A stretch of DNA of 64,000 bases from Felis catus. Taxonomy: Eukaryota. Every line of letters starts with the position of its first letter. Within the stretch, counting starts at the first letter, position 1. A program made the translations under genes and the position numbers. Below the pieces are notes generated by a model. It was not told the origin of the DNA. It worked only from the letters and a program-made list of their open reading frames with translations, and did not search any database. Positions 13,913 through 26,880 of this stretch are shown in pieces. The DNA is taken from contig NC_058368.1 of the NCBI RefSeq assembly GCF_018350175.1, positions 171,928,001-171,992,000 of the forward strand, given 5' to 3'.

Positions 13913-14911
13913 GTAGATATTTTTAAGTATTTTAAAGTAATTTTTAAGCTCCAGTTGTCAACTTTAGGTGTGTATATCCAAATACAGCTTCCCTTGAGCA
14001 TTGGTTTCAGTTTTGTTGGTATAACAGCCTTATCTATTAGGGTTAGTTGTTAAAATACAAATACATAAAATGTCTCTTTGTCATTCCTTCAGTTAGACAT
14101 TTAACTGGCTTTGAATAAATTATTTTAGATTTCTTATTTGATTATTTTTCAGCTCTTTTTAAAGCTCATTTCTATTATGCCAGTCACTAAATAGGCCTTT
14201 AGTAAGCTGTATGGGACAGACTGGGCTTATTTCCTTACATGAAGGAATAAATGCCCTTCTCTGTTCCATCCAGGATAGAAATGCTTTGTCTTGTCACATA
14301 TAGAAGCTGATTATATGCCATTTTTAGTAGAATTTTAAAAGAGTATCTTTCTCATTTTGTTGCTTAAAAATTCAAATACCAAAACAGGTAAAGTGCTTAA
14401 TGATAATTGAAACTTGGCTGAGAAATTACCTTTGGGTCCTAAAATATATTATTATTTAGCAGGAATCTGAGGAAAGATACTTTGTCTGATTTTCCTTTAA
14501 CACACTCCTTTTCCCCCTGATTCAAGCTGACTTTGGAGGGAAAGTTTAGTCATTCAGTTTCTTAATAATTGTTTATTCAGTCATGTGTATTTGTGCCTTC
14601 CTCTGTTACAAATTTAGAGTTGCAGTGAACACTTTTTTTTTTTAAGACTTGATATTTGTATATATTGCATTTATATCTGGAACTAGCAGTCAGCGAATAT
14701 CTAGGAGCATCAGCGTTTGTGATAAGGATTTTCTCTGTTCCCTGCATAAATTTGCTACTCCTACAGGCATTATGTAATATAATGTATATGCAATTATATT
14801 ATGGGTTAAAATTTGAGGACTAAAACATGAACCTAATATTTAATTGCATTAGCAATATTTTAGCCACTTTAAAGCAATTGTTATATAAAAACTTGTCTCT
14901 CTTTTATTTAG

Positions 14912-15113
14912 AACTTAATTTAGATAGCAGTAATTTCCCTGGAGTGAAACTACGCTCAAAAATGTCCCTCCGTTCTTATGGAAGCCACGAAGGATCTGTA
15001 TCTAGTCGTTCAGGAGAGTGCAGTCCTGTTCCTATGGGTTCGTTTCCAAAAAGAGGGTTTGTAAATGGAAGCAGAGAAAATACTGGTTATTTAGAAGAAC
15101 TTGAGAAAGAAAG
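14912..15113 (+). CDS. APC: APC coding exon 3 (202 nt)
   Basis: tatttag|AA...GAAAG|gtaact; ELNLDSSNFPGVKLRSKMSLRSYGSHEGSVSSRSGECSPVPMGSFPKRGFVNGSRENTGYLEELEKER. Confidence 0.98.
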
Positions 15114-15555
15114 GTAACTTTTCTTCATTAAATAGTAAACTTGAATGTTCAATCTTTTCCATTATTTTGTCATTTTGTAAATACAAGATAGGAATTTACG
15201 AAGCATGTATGGCAGATGATCACTAACACTTAAGAGAGCATTTGCATTTATTAATTCAAAAATAGTATGTTACTGATCATACTTATATTAAATCTAAAAA
15301 TGTAAAGAGGCAAAATTAAATCTGAAAATGTAACAGAGGCAATTCCTGGGATTCTAAGTTTTGTACTTTGTTACTTAAATGCTTCAAGTGCCCTGTATAC
15401 ATGATCATAATAGTTACATCACGTTAAAATATGTAACTGATTTTTAATTGAATTTCTTGGTACCTTTTGAAATAAATTCAATAACTCCAGAGCCAGTATA
15501 AGGTAACTTTCCATTAGGGATGGCCTATTACAAGTGGCCACAAATGAAACATTCC

Positions 15556-15782
15556 TTTATTTTTTTGTTTGTTTATTTATTTTGAGGGAGAGAGTGATTG
15601 CATGGGGGCACACAGGTTGGGGAGGGACAGAGAGAGGAGGGGAGGAGATTGGGGATTGGGGGTGGAGAAAGAGAGAGAATTCCAAGCAGGACACAGAGCT
15701 CGAATGCAAGAACTCTGAGATCATGACCTGAGCCGAAATCAAGAGTTGGACCGTTAACCTCCTGAGCCACCCAGGCGCCCCT
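15556..15782 (-). mobile_element. Can-SINE
   Basis: Reverse head gagccacccaggcgcccc; degenerate TSD tgaaac.. Confidence 0.92.
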
Positions 15783-16452
15783 GAAACGCTTCTTAATTTA
15801 TCGGTTTCAGTGTCTTAAAAAAACATTACTTGACATATATTATGAGTCTGGTTTCTCATAGCTAATGTGTTAACTTCTTCTCTTACTGAAGTTAAAATCA
15901 TCTCACTACAAATACCAGAATATCTATCACCAAATACCAGAATATCTATCACCCACCAAGAACTTTTTCAAATGTTTTGTAAAAGGTTATGAATTCCTTA
16001 ATGCATAAATATCTTATTTTTATATTCCTAAAAATTCTATTAAACTTGAAGAAATATTAAAATGTATAAACATTACATATTAGCTCTGCCATCTCGATCA
16101 TATCATTAAATTTGGTATTGCTTTCTCCTGTAAAAGAGGAACATGGTTCTACCTTGCAGAGTTGTAAAAAGTGATTATTAGTGTAAAAATGTCCAGCATA
16201 TCTAACTGAAAGGCAAAAGACCTTTTGCTGCTCTCTCTCTGGTTTTAGGTGTGTCCATTTGTAAAAATAGGTTAATCTTCTGGACCAGAAATAGTGTTAA
16301 GCTTTCTTTCATCTTGAGTTTACATGAGTCTCTGCTTCTTACCTCGAGCCAGGAATATTTCTGTCTGACCCTATAGGAAACACTGTTGTGAATAACAAGC
16401 ATCTACCATCTTCCATCTCTGTCTCCTTTGAACTCTATTAAGAAACAGGATT

Positions 16453-16686
16453 TGGGGCGCCTGGGTGGCGCAGTCGGTTAAGCGTCCGACTTCAGCCAGG
16501 TCACGATCTCGCGGTCTGTGAGTTCGAGCCCCGCGTCGGGCTCTGGCCTGATGGCTCAGAGCCTGGAGCCTGCTTCCGATTCTGTGTCTCCTTCTCTCTC
16601 TGCCCCTCCCCCATTCATGCTCTGTCTCTCTCTGTCTCAAAAATAAATAAATGTTAAAAAAAAAAATAATTTAAAAAAAAAAATAA
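16453..16686 (+). mobile_element. Young SINEC_Fc-type Can-SINE
   Basis: CpG-intact head; perfect TSD aagaaacaggattt. Confidence 0.96.
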
Positions 16687-17394
16687 AAGAAACAGGATTT
16701 GTGAGCATACCATCTTTCCTAGGAACTAACTTTGCATCACATAGATAAAGCCCTGAGTTTATTAGTGGAGGGAGAGAGAGGAGAGTATGTGTGTAGTTCT
16801 GATTTATCTTGTGCCCTCTTGGTTCTCACTGTGTTGGAGGGAGGTAAAAATTGAGTCCTTGATTGTATGACAGAATCTTTATTTTGCTGTCACACTCATT
16901 TGCTACTTCAGATAGGTCTAAGGTCAAACTCATTTTCCTTCTTCATTATCAATGTCATTGATGAGAAATTTAATACCAATCTGATTCTCATTCCTTTGTA
17001 GGTAGCCATTTTCCCCTCTTTTGAAGCTTTTAGAATGCCTTAGTATACATGTTGTCTTCATTCATTATGCTGGATAATCACTGTGCCCTTTTGATCCAGA
17101 AATATATTTCCTTCAACTTTTGAAAATTCTGTTACATGATTTCTTTGATGACTTTCTCCTCTTTTTTATTCTTTCTTTCCCTCTCTTAAATCATAGATTC
17201 ACTCTCTTTGTCTCTTTTTTTCTTGTTTTCTTTATTGCCCAAGATAAGTGCTAGAAAGTAGTCAAGCCAGGACTCAAACCCAGCTACACAGCTCTGTAAT
17301 CTTTTTGAACCTCAGTTTTCCAATCTGAGGAGTGAGCCTAAGAATAACTACCTCAAAGGGTATTGTGAGGGTTAAACTAGATTTAAAAAATAAT

Positions 17395-17580
17395 TGCTCT
17401 CTCTCTCTCAAAATAAACTTTTGAGAAAAATAAATTAAAAATAGGGCTTCTGGGTGGCTCGGTTGAGCGTCTGACTCTTGCTTTCAGTTCAGGTCATGAT
17501 CTTGTGGTTCATGAGTTCAAGCCCCATATCATGCTTTGTGTTGGTGGTGTGGAGCCTGCTTGGGATTCTCTTCCCCCACC

Positions 17581-17626
<46 letters not shown>

Positions 17627-17680
17627 CACACACACACACACACACACACACTAAATAAACTTAAAAAAAAGAAATTAAAA
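17395..17680 (+). mobile_element. SINE tail remnant followed by Can-SINE with (CT)n(CA)n
   Basis: ctctctctcaaaataaact tail, then gggcttctgggtggctc head at ~17444. Confidence 0.88.
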
Positions 17681-18877
17681 AATATTTAGAACTGTGTCTG
17701 GTCCTTAGAACATTCAATAAATGTAGGCTATCATCATGTTAGCTATTCACTCATTTAACAAATATTTATTAAATACCTAATATATACATGCCATGCTCTT
17801 TTAGATGACCCTAAGTTAGAAGACTAAGAAGGCACAAGATTTACTTTTTAAAGAAAATTGTTAATAATCACTAAATAAGCCCAAACCTAAAGAGCTGTCT
17901 CTGGGTCTAGACCTAGTTTTAGTTCTGAGCCTTTAACAGTGTTGTCAACCACTATCATTTAACCACTTGTTAACTTTTGGCTCAAGACATTGTGACCTTG
18001 GCTTCCTCAGAGCATTTTATCACAGTTTGACCTTAACCTTAACAATAACAGCTTGTCCCTCTTCTCCCTAGCCTCCCCTCCACCGCCATCACTAACATTG
18101 GCCTATCAATTTAAGCACTTTTAACATCCAGCTACTTAATGATGAGCCCATTTATTGGAGAGTAATCAGAGGAAATAGCAGCATCACCATCTATCTCTCT
18201 CTTCATGACCTCTAAGTCCTGGTAGGTCCTGTGGGTTCTCACCAGGAAACACTGAAAAATAAGATCAGATCTCATCTTTATGCCAGCTTGTGAAAGGAGT
18301 TTAGGTTTTCTCCTGTGCTTTCTCCTGCTTCTGTCGTCAGAAATGGGAGGGATGAGGTAGATTCTCATTAGTCTGCACCTCCCCCAACATTGCTACAATC
18401 ATAAGCAGGGGCTTACTGTCTTTCCATGGATTCCCTCACTACTAAGCTTGCCACATCAAAAATGAAGGCATATTTCTTATTTTTTAAATTGTTTCTCAGT
18501 AATGGAAAGGGAATTTTAGCAAGAATAGAACCTTTCACATTCACATGTATATATATTTTGCAAAACAATATAATCAAACAGAATTTAAAAGTAACAGTTT
18601 TAAAGTGGAGATCATCTCTGTAAATGAGCAAACCCCAGAAGCCATAATAGAAAATATCCACAAATTTGACGACAAAAAAAATTCAAAATTTGCTACATGA
18701 CAAAACCATTATAAACAAAGTTTAAAGACCAGTGATAAACAGAGAAAATACATTTACAACCCATATAACTGACAAAGTACAATCATTCTTAATATGAATG
18801 AGGTCCTATAAATAAGTAAGAAAAAGTTATAGGCAAGGAAATACAAATGGTTTTCAAATTGAATAATTGCTTATCCT

Positions 18878-19068
18878 GGGGCGACTTCGTGGCTCAATCA
18901 GCTAAGCATCCAATTTCGCCTCAGGTCATGATCTTGGCGATTCACAAGTTCACAGCTCAGAGCCTAGAGCCTGCTTTGGACTCTGTGTCTCCCTTTCTCT
19001 CTGCCCCTGTCTCTGTCTCTGTCTCTCTCTCTCAAAAATAAAAATAAAAACGTTAAAAAAATAAAGAA
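18878..19068 (+). mobile_element. Can-SINE with internal deletion
   Basis: ggggcgacttcgtggctc head; body skips to acagctcagagcc. Confidence 0.88.
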
Positions 19069-19545
19069 AAAGTGCTTAACCTTACTAAGAGAAATCAAAT
19101 TAAAACTGTAGTTGATGTACCATTAAAAAAACTGGATATGCAAAAATAAAGATCGATAAAACATTACCAAGTGAAAGTGGTAGGGGTATAAGTTGGTATA
19201 ACAATGTAATAAGAACAGTAAGTTAAAATTTTACATACCCTAGGAATTTATCTTAAATACATGCTTGCACATTTGTGAAATGGGGATATATATAAGGATA
19301 TTCAGTGCAGCATTGTTTATAATAACAAAAATTTGGAAAGGCCCTATGTTCCTTCTAAAACAAAACTAGCTACAGGGTATCCCATTACAGATTCATCGAT
19401 ACTCTGCAGCTAACAAAAAAGATGTAGGACCTTTTTATGTTCTGACATAGAATGATCTCCCAAGATAGATTTTTAAGTGAAAAAAAGGTTAATAGGATAA
19501 TACATAGAATAACATGCTACTGTTCATGTTTAAAAATGTACATGT

Positions 19546-19760
19546 GGGGTGCCTGGGTGGCTCAGTTGGTTGAGCTTCTGACTTTGGCTCAGCTTCTCAT
19601 GGTCTGTGAGTTCGATTAAGCCCCGCGTCGGGCTCTGTGCTGACAGCTCGGAGCCTGGAGCCTGCTTCAGATTCTGTGTCTCCCTCTCTCTGACCCTCCC
19701 CTGTTCATGCTGTGTCTCTCTCTGTCTCAAAACATAAAAATAAAACATTTAAAAAATGTT
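19546..19760 (+). mobile_element. Can-SINE
   Basis: ggggtgcctgggtggctcag head; TSD aatgtacat. Confidence 0.93.
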
Positions 19761-20094
19761 TTAATGTACATATAAGTGTACACATAGATTCTTGCATTTT
19801 TATAGAATATCTCTGGAAAATATACACCAGGAAATGACAATAGAGGTCACTTTGGGAAAGAGCCACATGATAGGAAATCACAGACTTTTTGTACCTACTT
19901 AGTTTTATCCCAAATTAACACTCTTATTTTGCATTTATGTTTATAATGATCAGATATAGAATATCTTGATATTGTTATTGAAGACATTGATTGGGTTGCC
20001 CAGGAATTACATAACAAATTCTTCAAATTCCAAACTAAGAAAAAGTTTCTCTGAGAATAACTTATTATTGTTGTACAGTAACAATATATTTCTT

Positions 20095-21396
20095 TTTTTG
20101 TTATTAAGTTTCTGCAACTAATTTTTTTTAATCTAATACAGTTAACATATAGTGTTATGTTATTTTCAGGTGTACAATAGTGATTCAACAGTTCTGTACA
20201 TTACTCAGTGCTCATCATGATAGGTGTACTCTTAAATCACCCTTCATGTAATCCCCCCCCCCCCCAACCTCCTCTCTGGTAATCATCAGTTTGTTCTCTC
20301 TAGTTAAGAGTCTGTTTTTTGGTTTGCCTCTTTTTGCTTTGTTCGTTTTTGTTCCATAAATTCCACATGAGTGAAATCATGTGGTATGTGTTTGTCTTTT
20401 TTGACTGACTTATTTCACTTAGCATTATACTCTCTAGATCTATCCATGTCATTGTGAATGGCAAGATTTCATTCTTTTTTATGGCTGAGTAATCCATAGT
20501 ATGTATGTGTGTGTATGTATGTGTGTGTATATATGTGTGTGTATACACACACACACACACACACACATATCTCCATTCTTCTTTTTTTTTCAATATAAAG
20601 TTTATTATTAAATTGGTTTCCATACAACACCCAGTGCTCATCCCAAAAGGTGCCCTCCTCAATACCCATCACCCACCCTCCCCTCCCTCCCACCCCCATC
20701 AACCCTCAGTTTGTTCTCAGTTTTTAAGAGTCTCTTATGCTTTGGCTCTCTCCCACTCTAACCTCTTTTTTTTTTTTTTTCCTTCCCCTCCCCCCATGGG
20801 TTTCTGTTAAGTTTCTCAGGATCTTCATAAGAGTGAACACATATGGTATCTGTCTTTCTCTGTATGGCTTATTTCACTTAGCATCACACTCTCCAGTTCC
20901 ATCCACGTTGCTGCAAAGGGCCATATTTCATTCTTTCTCATTGCCACGTAGTACTCCATTGTTTTTTTTTTCTCTCCATTCTTCTTAATCTGTTCATCTA
21001 TCGTTGGACACTTGAGTTGCTTCCATAATTTGGCTATTGTAAATAATACTACACTAAACACAGGGTGCATGTATCTTTTCAAATTAGTGTTTTCATATTC
21101 TTTGGGTAAATACCCAGCAATTGCTGGATTGGAGGGTAGTTCTATTTTTAATTTTTTGAGGAACCTCCATACTGTTTTCCAGGGTGACTGTACCAGTTTA
21201 CATTTCCACCAACAGTGCATGAGCATTCCTTTTCCTCACCAACACTTGTTGTTTCTTGTTTTTTATTTTAGCCATTTTGATAGGTTTGAGGTGATATCTC
21301 ATTGTAGTTTTGATTTGCATTTCTCTGATGATGAGTGATGTTGAGCATTGTTTCATGTGTCTGTTGGCCATCTGTATGTCTTCTTTGGAGAAATAC
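20095..21396 (-). mobile_element. 5'-truncated L1 3' end (older) containing a nested younger L1
   Basis: ORF2 C-terminal peptides on minus strand ([28 protein letters not shown]); TSD acagt(a/g)acaa(t/a)atatttctt at 20075-20094 / 21397-21416. Confidence 0.92.
20584..20972 (-). mobile_element. Younger felid-type L1 3' end nested in older L1
   Basis: Second copy of ORF2 end and a different 3'UTR; perfect TSD tctccattcttctt at 20570-20583 / 20973-20986. Confidence 0.88.
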
Positions 21397-21881
21397 ACAG
21401 TGACAAAATATTTCTTATTATTTTGGCTGCTGAGAAGCTGAAAGCCATGTCTGTCCAGTGCAGTGGCTTCCTATGCTCTAGGTTTGTTTTTTTGTATAAT
21501 TATTGCTTTTTTTTTACTCCTCTATTATGCTTTTTATTCTTATATTCACTTTGAGTTTTGTTATATGTGTACTTTTTTCTGTAAACTATCATATTCTTAG
21601 ACTATGCTAAATGTGAAGAAAGCCTTTGGTTGAAATGTGAACATTCTAGTTAGGATGTTGAACATCTTATTTAGGTGGAAAAGTAAAAAACTTTAATACT
21701 CAAATTTTAATGATTATAAAATTTTAAGTCCCACCTTCAAAAATCTAAAATCACTAAGTTTTCTGCTTCTTCGTTAATAGTACTTTAGTTTAAATAGAGA
21801 ACATTACAATTACAGCTGATAAGAATTACTGTTATGTATTCTGTTAGCATTTTGTAAACTTCCCCTTTTTTTGAAAAACAG

Positions 21882-21990
21882 ATCATTACTTCTTGCTGAT
21901 CTTGACAAAGAAGAAAAGGAAAAAGACTGGTATTATGCTCAACTTCAGAATCTCACTAAAAGAATAGATAGTCTTCCTTTAACTGAAAAT
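21882..21990 (+). CDS. APC: APC coding exon 4 (109 nt)
   Basis: aaaacag|A...AAT|gtaagt; SLLLADLDKEEKEKDWYYAQLQNLTKRIDSLPLTEN, containing the NES LTKRIDSLPL. Confidence 0.98.
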
Positions 21991-22692
21991 GTAAGTAACT
22001 TAGCTTATTTTAGACTTTAGTAACTTGATCTTTTAAAAATACCTGTTACTCATTAAAAATTCAGGATAACTACGTTTTTAGTTTTCTGTAAACTGTACTA
22101 TGTTTTATCTAACTTTAAACTCAAATGTATAATAGTTAATGAATTTTTGTTTGTAAAGGTGATAAAACTTCATTATGCTCAAGCAAATAATTTGTTTTCA
22201 GCCCCTAATTAAGAAAATCTATTAAGTTTGAATTTTAAAGGACTCAGGATTCAACTAGGCAACTGGTTTTTTATTCTGTCTGTTTAATTACCAAACGTAC
22301 TCTGTAGAATTATTAGCATCTATTTTTTTTTAACCATAGTACATGCCATATAGTTTTTGCAATTAAAGTGTCTTTGAAAAGAATTTGACTGCTATTCCAG
22401 TTATTATAAATGACAAAAGCTGTTGGCAAGGATCTTAGAACTTTTTACAAGTACTAAAATTTGGTTTGCAAATATAACTATGTGAAAAAGAATTTAATCT
22501 TGTCAGCTTTTCTTTCCCCACACAAGCTCTCCATGTCAACTAATTTATTCATGGGATGACACATGTAAGAGTATTTCAGAATGTTCTGGAATACATTAAT
22601 AATCTTAAACAAAATTATATGTTACTGTTATCCATAAATACTTTTTACAGTTTTTTAAAAAAAAATAGGTTAATTAAAATTATATTGTCCTT

Positions 22693-23445
22693 GGGGCACC
22701 TGGGTGGCTCAGAGGGTTAAGCCTTGGACTTCAGCTCAGGTCATGATCTCACAGTTCGTGAGTTCAAGCCCCGTGTTGGGCTCTGTGCTGACAGCTCAGA
22801 GACTGGAGCCTGCTTTGGATTCTGTGTCTCCCTCTCTCTCTGCTCCTTCCCCACTCATTCTGTCTATCTCTCTCTCTCTCAAAAATAAATAAACATTAGA
22901 AAATATTTTTAAAAAATATATTGTTCTTGGGGCGCCTGGGTGGCGCAGTCGGTTGAGCGTCAGACTTCAGCCAGGTCACGATCTCGCGGTCCGTGAGTTC
23001 GAGCCCCGCATCGGGCTCTGGGCTGATGGCTCAGAGCCTGGAGCCTGTTTCCGATTCTGTGTCTCCCTCTCTCTCTGCCCCTCCCCCGTTCATGCTCTGT
23101 CTCTCTCTGTCCCAAAAATAAATAAAAAAACGTTGAAAAAAAATTTTATAAAAATATATTGTTCTCTCTTAGCTTAGATTTTTCATTTTCTAATGACATT
23201 TTTGAGAGAATATAACAAATGAAAAAGCAAAAGTAGAAAGAAGGGACACAGGGTGCCTGGGTGGCTCAGTCAGTTAAGCCTCTGACTCCAGCTTAGGTCC
23301 TGATTTCATGGTTCATGAGTTTGAGCCCGCATCAGGCTCTCTGCTGTCAGTACAGAGCCTGCTTTGGATCCTCTGTCCCGCTCTGTTTTTGCCCCTCCCC
23401 CACTCTCTCACTTTGTCAAAAATAAACATTTTAAAAAAAGGAAGA
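22693..23445 (+). mobile_element. Cluster of three Can-SINEs (22693-22910, 22929-23149 young, ~23250-23445)
   Basis: Three heads and tails; first two separated only by the target-site repeat. Confidence 0.95.
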
Positions 23446-24509
23446 AGGAATGCTTTTTTCAAAACATGTACTTAGCCAGGTTTCCTCATGGGCATTGTCT
23501 GGCAGGAGCTGGAACCAGAAGCTTAAATGCACTGTCTCCTAGAACAATCATACAAGATTTTGAGAGGAAGAGAAAGGATCTCTTTTCCTGATAGTGTTCT
23601 TGACATCTTCTGGGGAGTTAAGGAGACTCAGATAGTGAAAGAACAGTTAATGGAAAGTTCTTGGATTCAGGGATTAGGAACTCAGGAAGGTTTGGTGGCA
23701 TTTTTACTCTTAAATAAAAAATACCCTAAGCATATTGCTCTCCGTTCACTTTGGTAATTAGAACAAAAAAATTTAGAGTCCAGTTGTCTACATGTAATCA
23801 GGTTTAAGAAAGTGCTTAGATATATGTGACAACTTGAGAGAATAACTGGTTAATATCTGAAACAGAGATGAGTTGTCAAATAAGTTATTCCCATATTTAT
23901 TAAATAACCATTTATTTATTGGCATATATAAGACACTATAGACCATTTGGCAACATTAGCAAATGTAAACTGCATGTATATCATAAATATTTTTTTTAAT
24001 TTCACAGTTTTTGCATTTATATTGGGAAGCAAGTTAAGAACACATTCATTTGCAAATACCAAGATATTAGACATTGCTTTTAAAACATCAGATCTAAACC
24101 ACATTATTGCAACATACTTTGTCATGTTTACCTTTTTATTTTTTGCAGGGCACTTTGGGAAGTGGAGGATAAGTAAGTGGAGTTAGAACTGGCTCATTGG
24201 GAATTAGAAATAACATACAGACTAATTCATCTGTGTTGCAACCCATAACTTGGGTATGCCTATAGAAATACATTCTCCGTAGAGTGTCATCTGCATTATT
24301 GAAAGGGAAAAGGGTGAGAGTTCCCCTAACTTAACTAACAAAGTAGTTTGGAATCCTTGGACCTACAGAATGTCGTTCTGAGTCAGACACAGGTCTGACA
24401 CAGCTCTTTGCTAGGCATATAGAGCATAAAAAAATCTATAGCTCTTCCTCATTTCCTTCATGGCCCATTATCATTTTATTTAATCATATTTTAGCCATTA
24501 CCACTTGTT

Positions 24510-24713
24510 GTGTTTGTTTTTTTTTACATTCATTTACTTAGAGATTGAGAGAGAGAGAGAGAGCGTGAGCAGGAGAGGGGCAGAGAGAGAATCCCAAGCA
24601 GGCTCTGAGCTGTCAGTGCATAGCCTGACATGGCATTTGATCTCACAAACCATGAGATCAGACATGAGCCGAAATCAGGAGTCAGACATTTAACTGACTG
24701 AGCCACCCAGGCA
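24510..24713 (-). mobile_element. Can-SINE
   Basis: Reverse orientation ...actgagccacccaggca. Confidence 0.9.
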
Positions 24714-25436
24714 TGTGTTTATAAGTTTCATTACCTTGTCCTTTTCATCCTTTTGTATGTCTAGCAGTTATCTTAGTGCCCGGGATTTTAACTATAGGGT
24801 TAATTGATTTTTTAATGCATTAACACCCTCCTGTATGAAGAACTTCTTTTTGTTTATTTCAGCTTTGCTTTTTTGAATTACCAAAAAGTTTGTGTTGTCT
24901 TGCACTATGTGATTATCTATATTATGTAAAAGCTTTTCCTTGTCCCATTTTCTTCATTTTGCAAATGGGGAGAGTTTCTTTGTTTAATCTGCATGTTTAT
25001 AACAATCCTTAAATTGAGATACAAACTTAAGGATGATGGATGGTTTCTTGATTTTTCTATGTTGTCCACATTAGTATGCTAGTTTTTAGTAATTAAAGTA
25101 GTACCCCCTCAGTGCAGAGGATAATATGGGAACTGAAGATAGGCTTACCCTAACTGGACCAGTTATATATTTTAAATGAATCAGTACAATTTAGGTAAAG
25201 CCATTTGTGGCTACAGGGCAGTAAAAGTTTTAAACTCAGTATTTCACATCAGGGACCCAGACTGAGCCCAGCACCTATAATCAAATTTTAGGACTCCTGG
25301 AAGAACAAAATAATCTTGTTATATGTAGTAACTTACATATTTGATATTAATTTTCTTTTTAGGCATTAATATGCTTTTTTGTTTTTACTGATAAACTTAT
25401 GAGATATTAGCATTTCAATTTAATTTGTGGTTTTAG

Positions 25437-25550
25437 TTTTCCTTACAAACAGATATGACCAGAAGACAATTGGAATATGAAGCAAGGCAAATCAGAGTTG
25501 CAATGGAAGAACAACTAGGTACTTGCCAGGATATGGAGAAAAGAGCACAG
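25437..25550 (+). CDS. APC: APC coding exon 5 (114 nt)
   Basis: ttttag|TTT...CAG|gtaact; FSLQTDMTRRQLEYEARQIRVAMEEQLGTCQDMEKRAQ. Confidence 0.98.
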
Positions 25551-26675
25551 GTAACTTATTATTAAATTATAAAACAGCACAGGCTAGAGGAGAGCTATTA
25601 AGAATGTGATGAATTATAGCTCTGTTAACATTGATTAAATTTTATTATTAAAGATATTTATAAGTCTACCTTCACTTAGGCACTGTTTCAGAATAATTGT
25701 TATGGCTGCTGCGCATCATAACCAATGTTCACGTGATTCTGCCTCTACCGTATTTCATTTCCCTGATTCTGTTCTGCTGTGCCTTGGAATAGTAAGAGAG
25801 AAAAAGTGTTAGATGCTGGTTATCTGGTAGCTGATAGTTAACTTCACTTCTCCTTTGAGATTTTTGCTTCTTGTAATCTAAGTATGTGTAATGACATTCA
25901 GAATATTTCACTGCTCTTTAAGTTGTACACAAAAAAAGGGAAGACCTCACTTAAAGAAAGTAGGAAGGAAATATAGAAAGAGGACACAGGGAGAGGTGAA
26001 ATGAGTTGGATGGAGAACATTCCCATATTTCTACCTCAGTTGATGTCAAGAAAAGAATATTAAATAGCTTTGCTATTTGTCAAGCATTTTCATACATTAT
26101 TGAACTTAGCACTTTGTATTTACACAAGTGTATTACTCGCTAATGTTTTAAGCCCTGACAAGGCCTAACCATTTGCCTTGTCTGTTTCAAAGCAAGTATG
26201 GGCATTAAGAAAGAAAAACAAAAAAAGGAAAACTTTTACAACAAACTGGGAGGAAAACATTATTTTAAAGATTTTATTTAAGGGAATAGTCAATAAAAGG
26301 GAGGGCCTACATTTGTATGTATGGTATAAATACATTTTTTATTCCAAGAAGTTTATGGTTTTAAAATCACTAATACAAGGCATTTTACATCCCCAAACTG
26401 TAGTTTTTATCTTTTATATGGTAGTTTCCTAAACACAATGTATATTTGCTTTATGCTAGAGTATGGAGGTAGACTAAGAAGATAGTTAAGCCCCAGTACC
26501 ATGATATATTTTGTAGTCCATACCTGTTATTTTCACAATGAGGCTAGAGGCTCAACTAATATATCTATATTACTTATGTTATGATACATGCATATAATAA
26601 CTTTTGTTAATTTCCTCTCACTACCTCCCCCATCTGTTCAAATTAACATCTTAAATGCCAAAAGTAAAACTTTAA

Positions 26676-26830
26676 GGGGCTTCTGGGTGGCTCTGTCAGT
26701 TAAGTGTCCGACTTCGACTCAGGTCATGATCTCACGGTTTGTGAGTTCGAGCCCTCCATCAGGCTCAGTGCTGACAGCCCAGAGCCTGGAGCTTGCTTCT
26801 GATTCTGTGTCTCCCCTGTTCATGCTCTGC

Positions 26831-26880
<50 letters not shown>

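Larger units (their letters stand above)
18560..19860 (+). mobile_element. Old L1M fragments with nested SINEs
   Basis: Decayed L1 3' motifs (ggatattcagtgcagcattgtttataataacaaaa); boundaries approximate. Confidence 0.6.

Noticed and set aside
24382..24399. Small hairpin gtcagac-acag-gtctgac
   Set aside because: A 7-bp stem is expected by chance in 64 kb.
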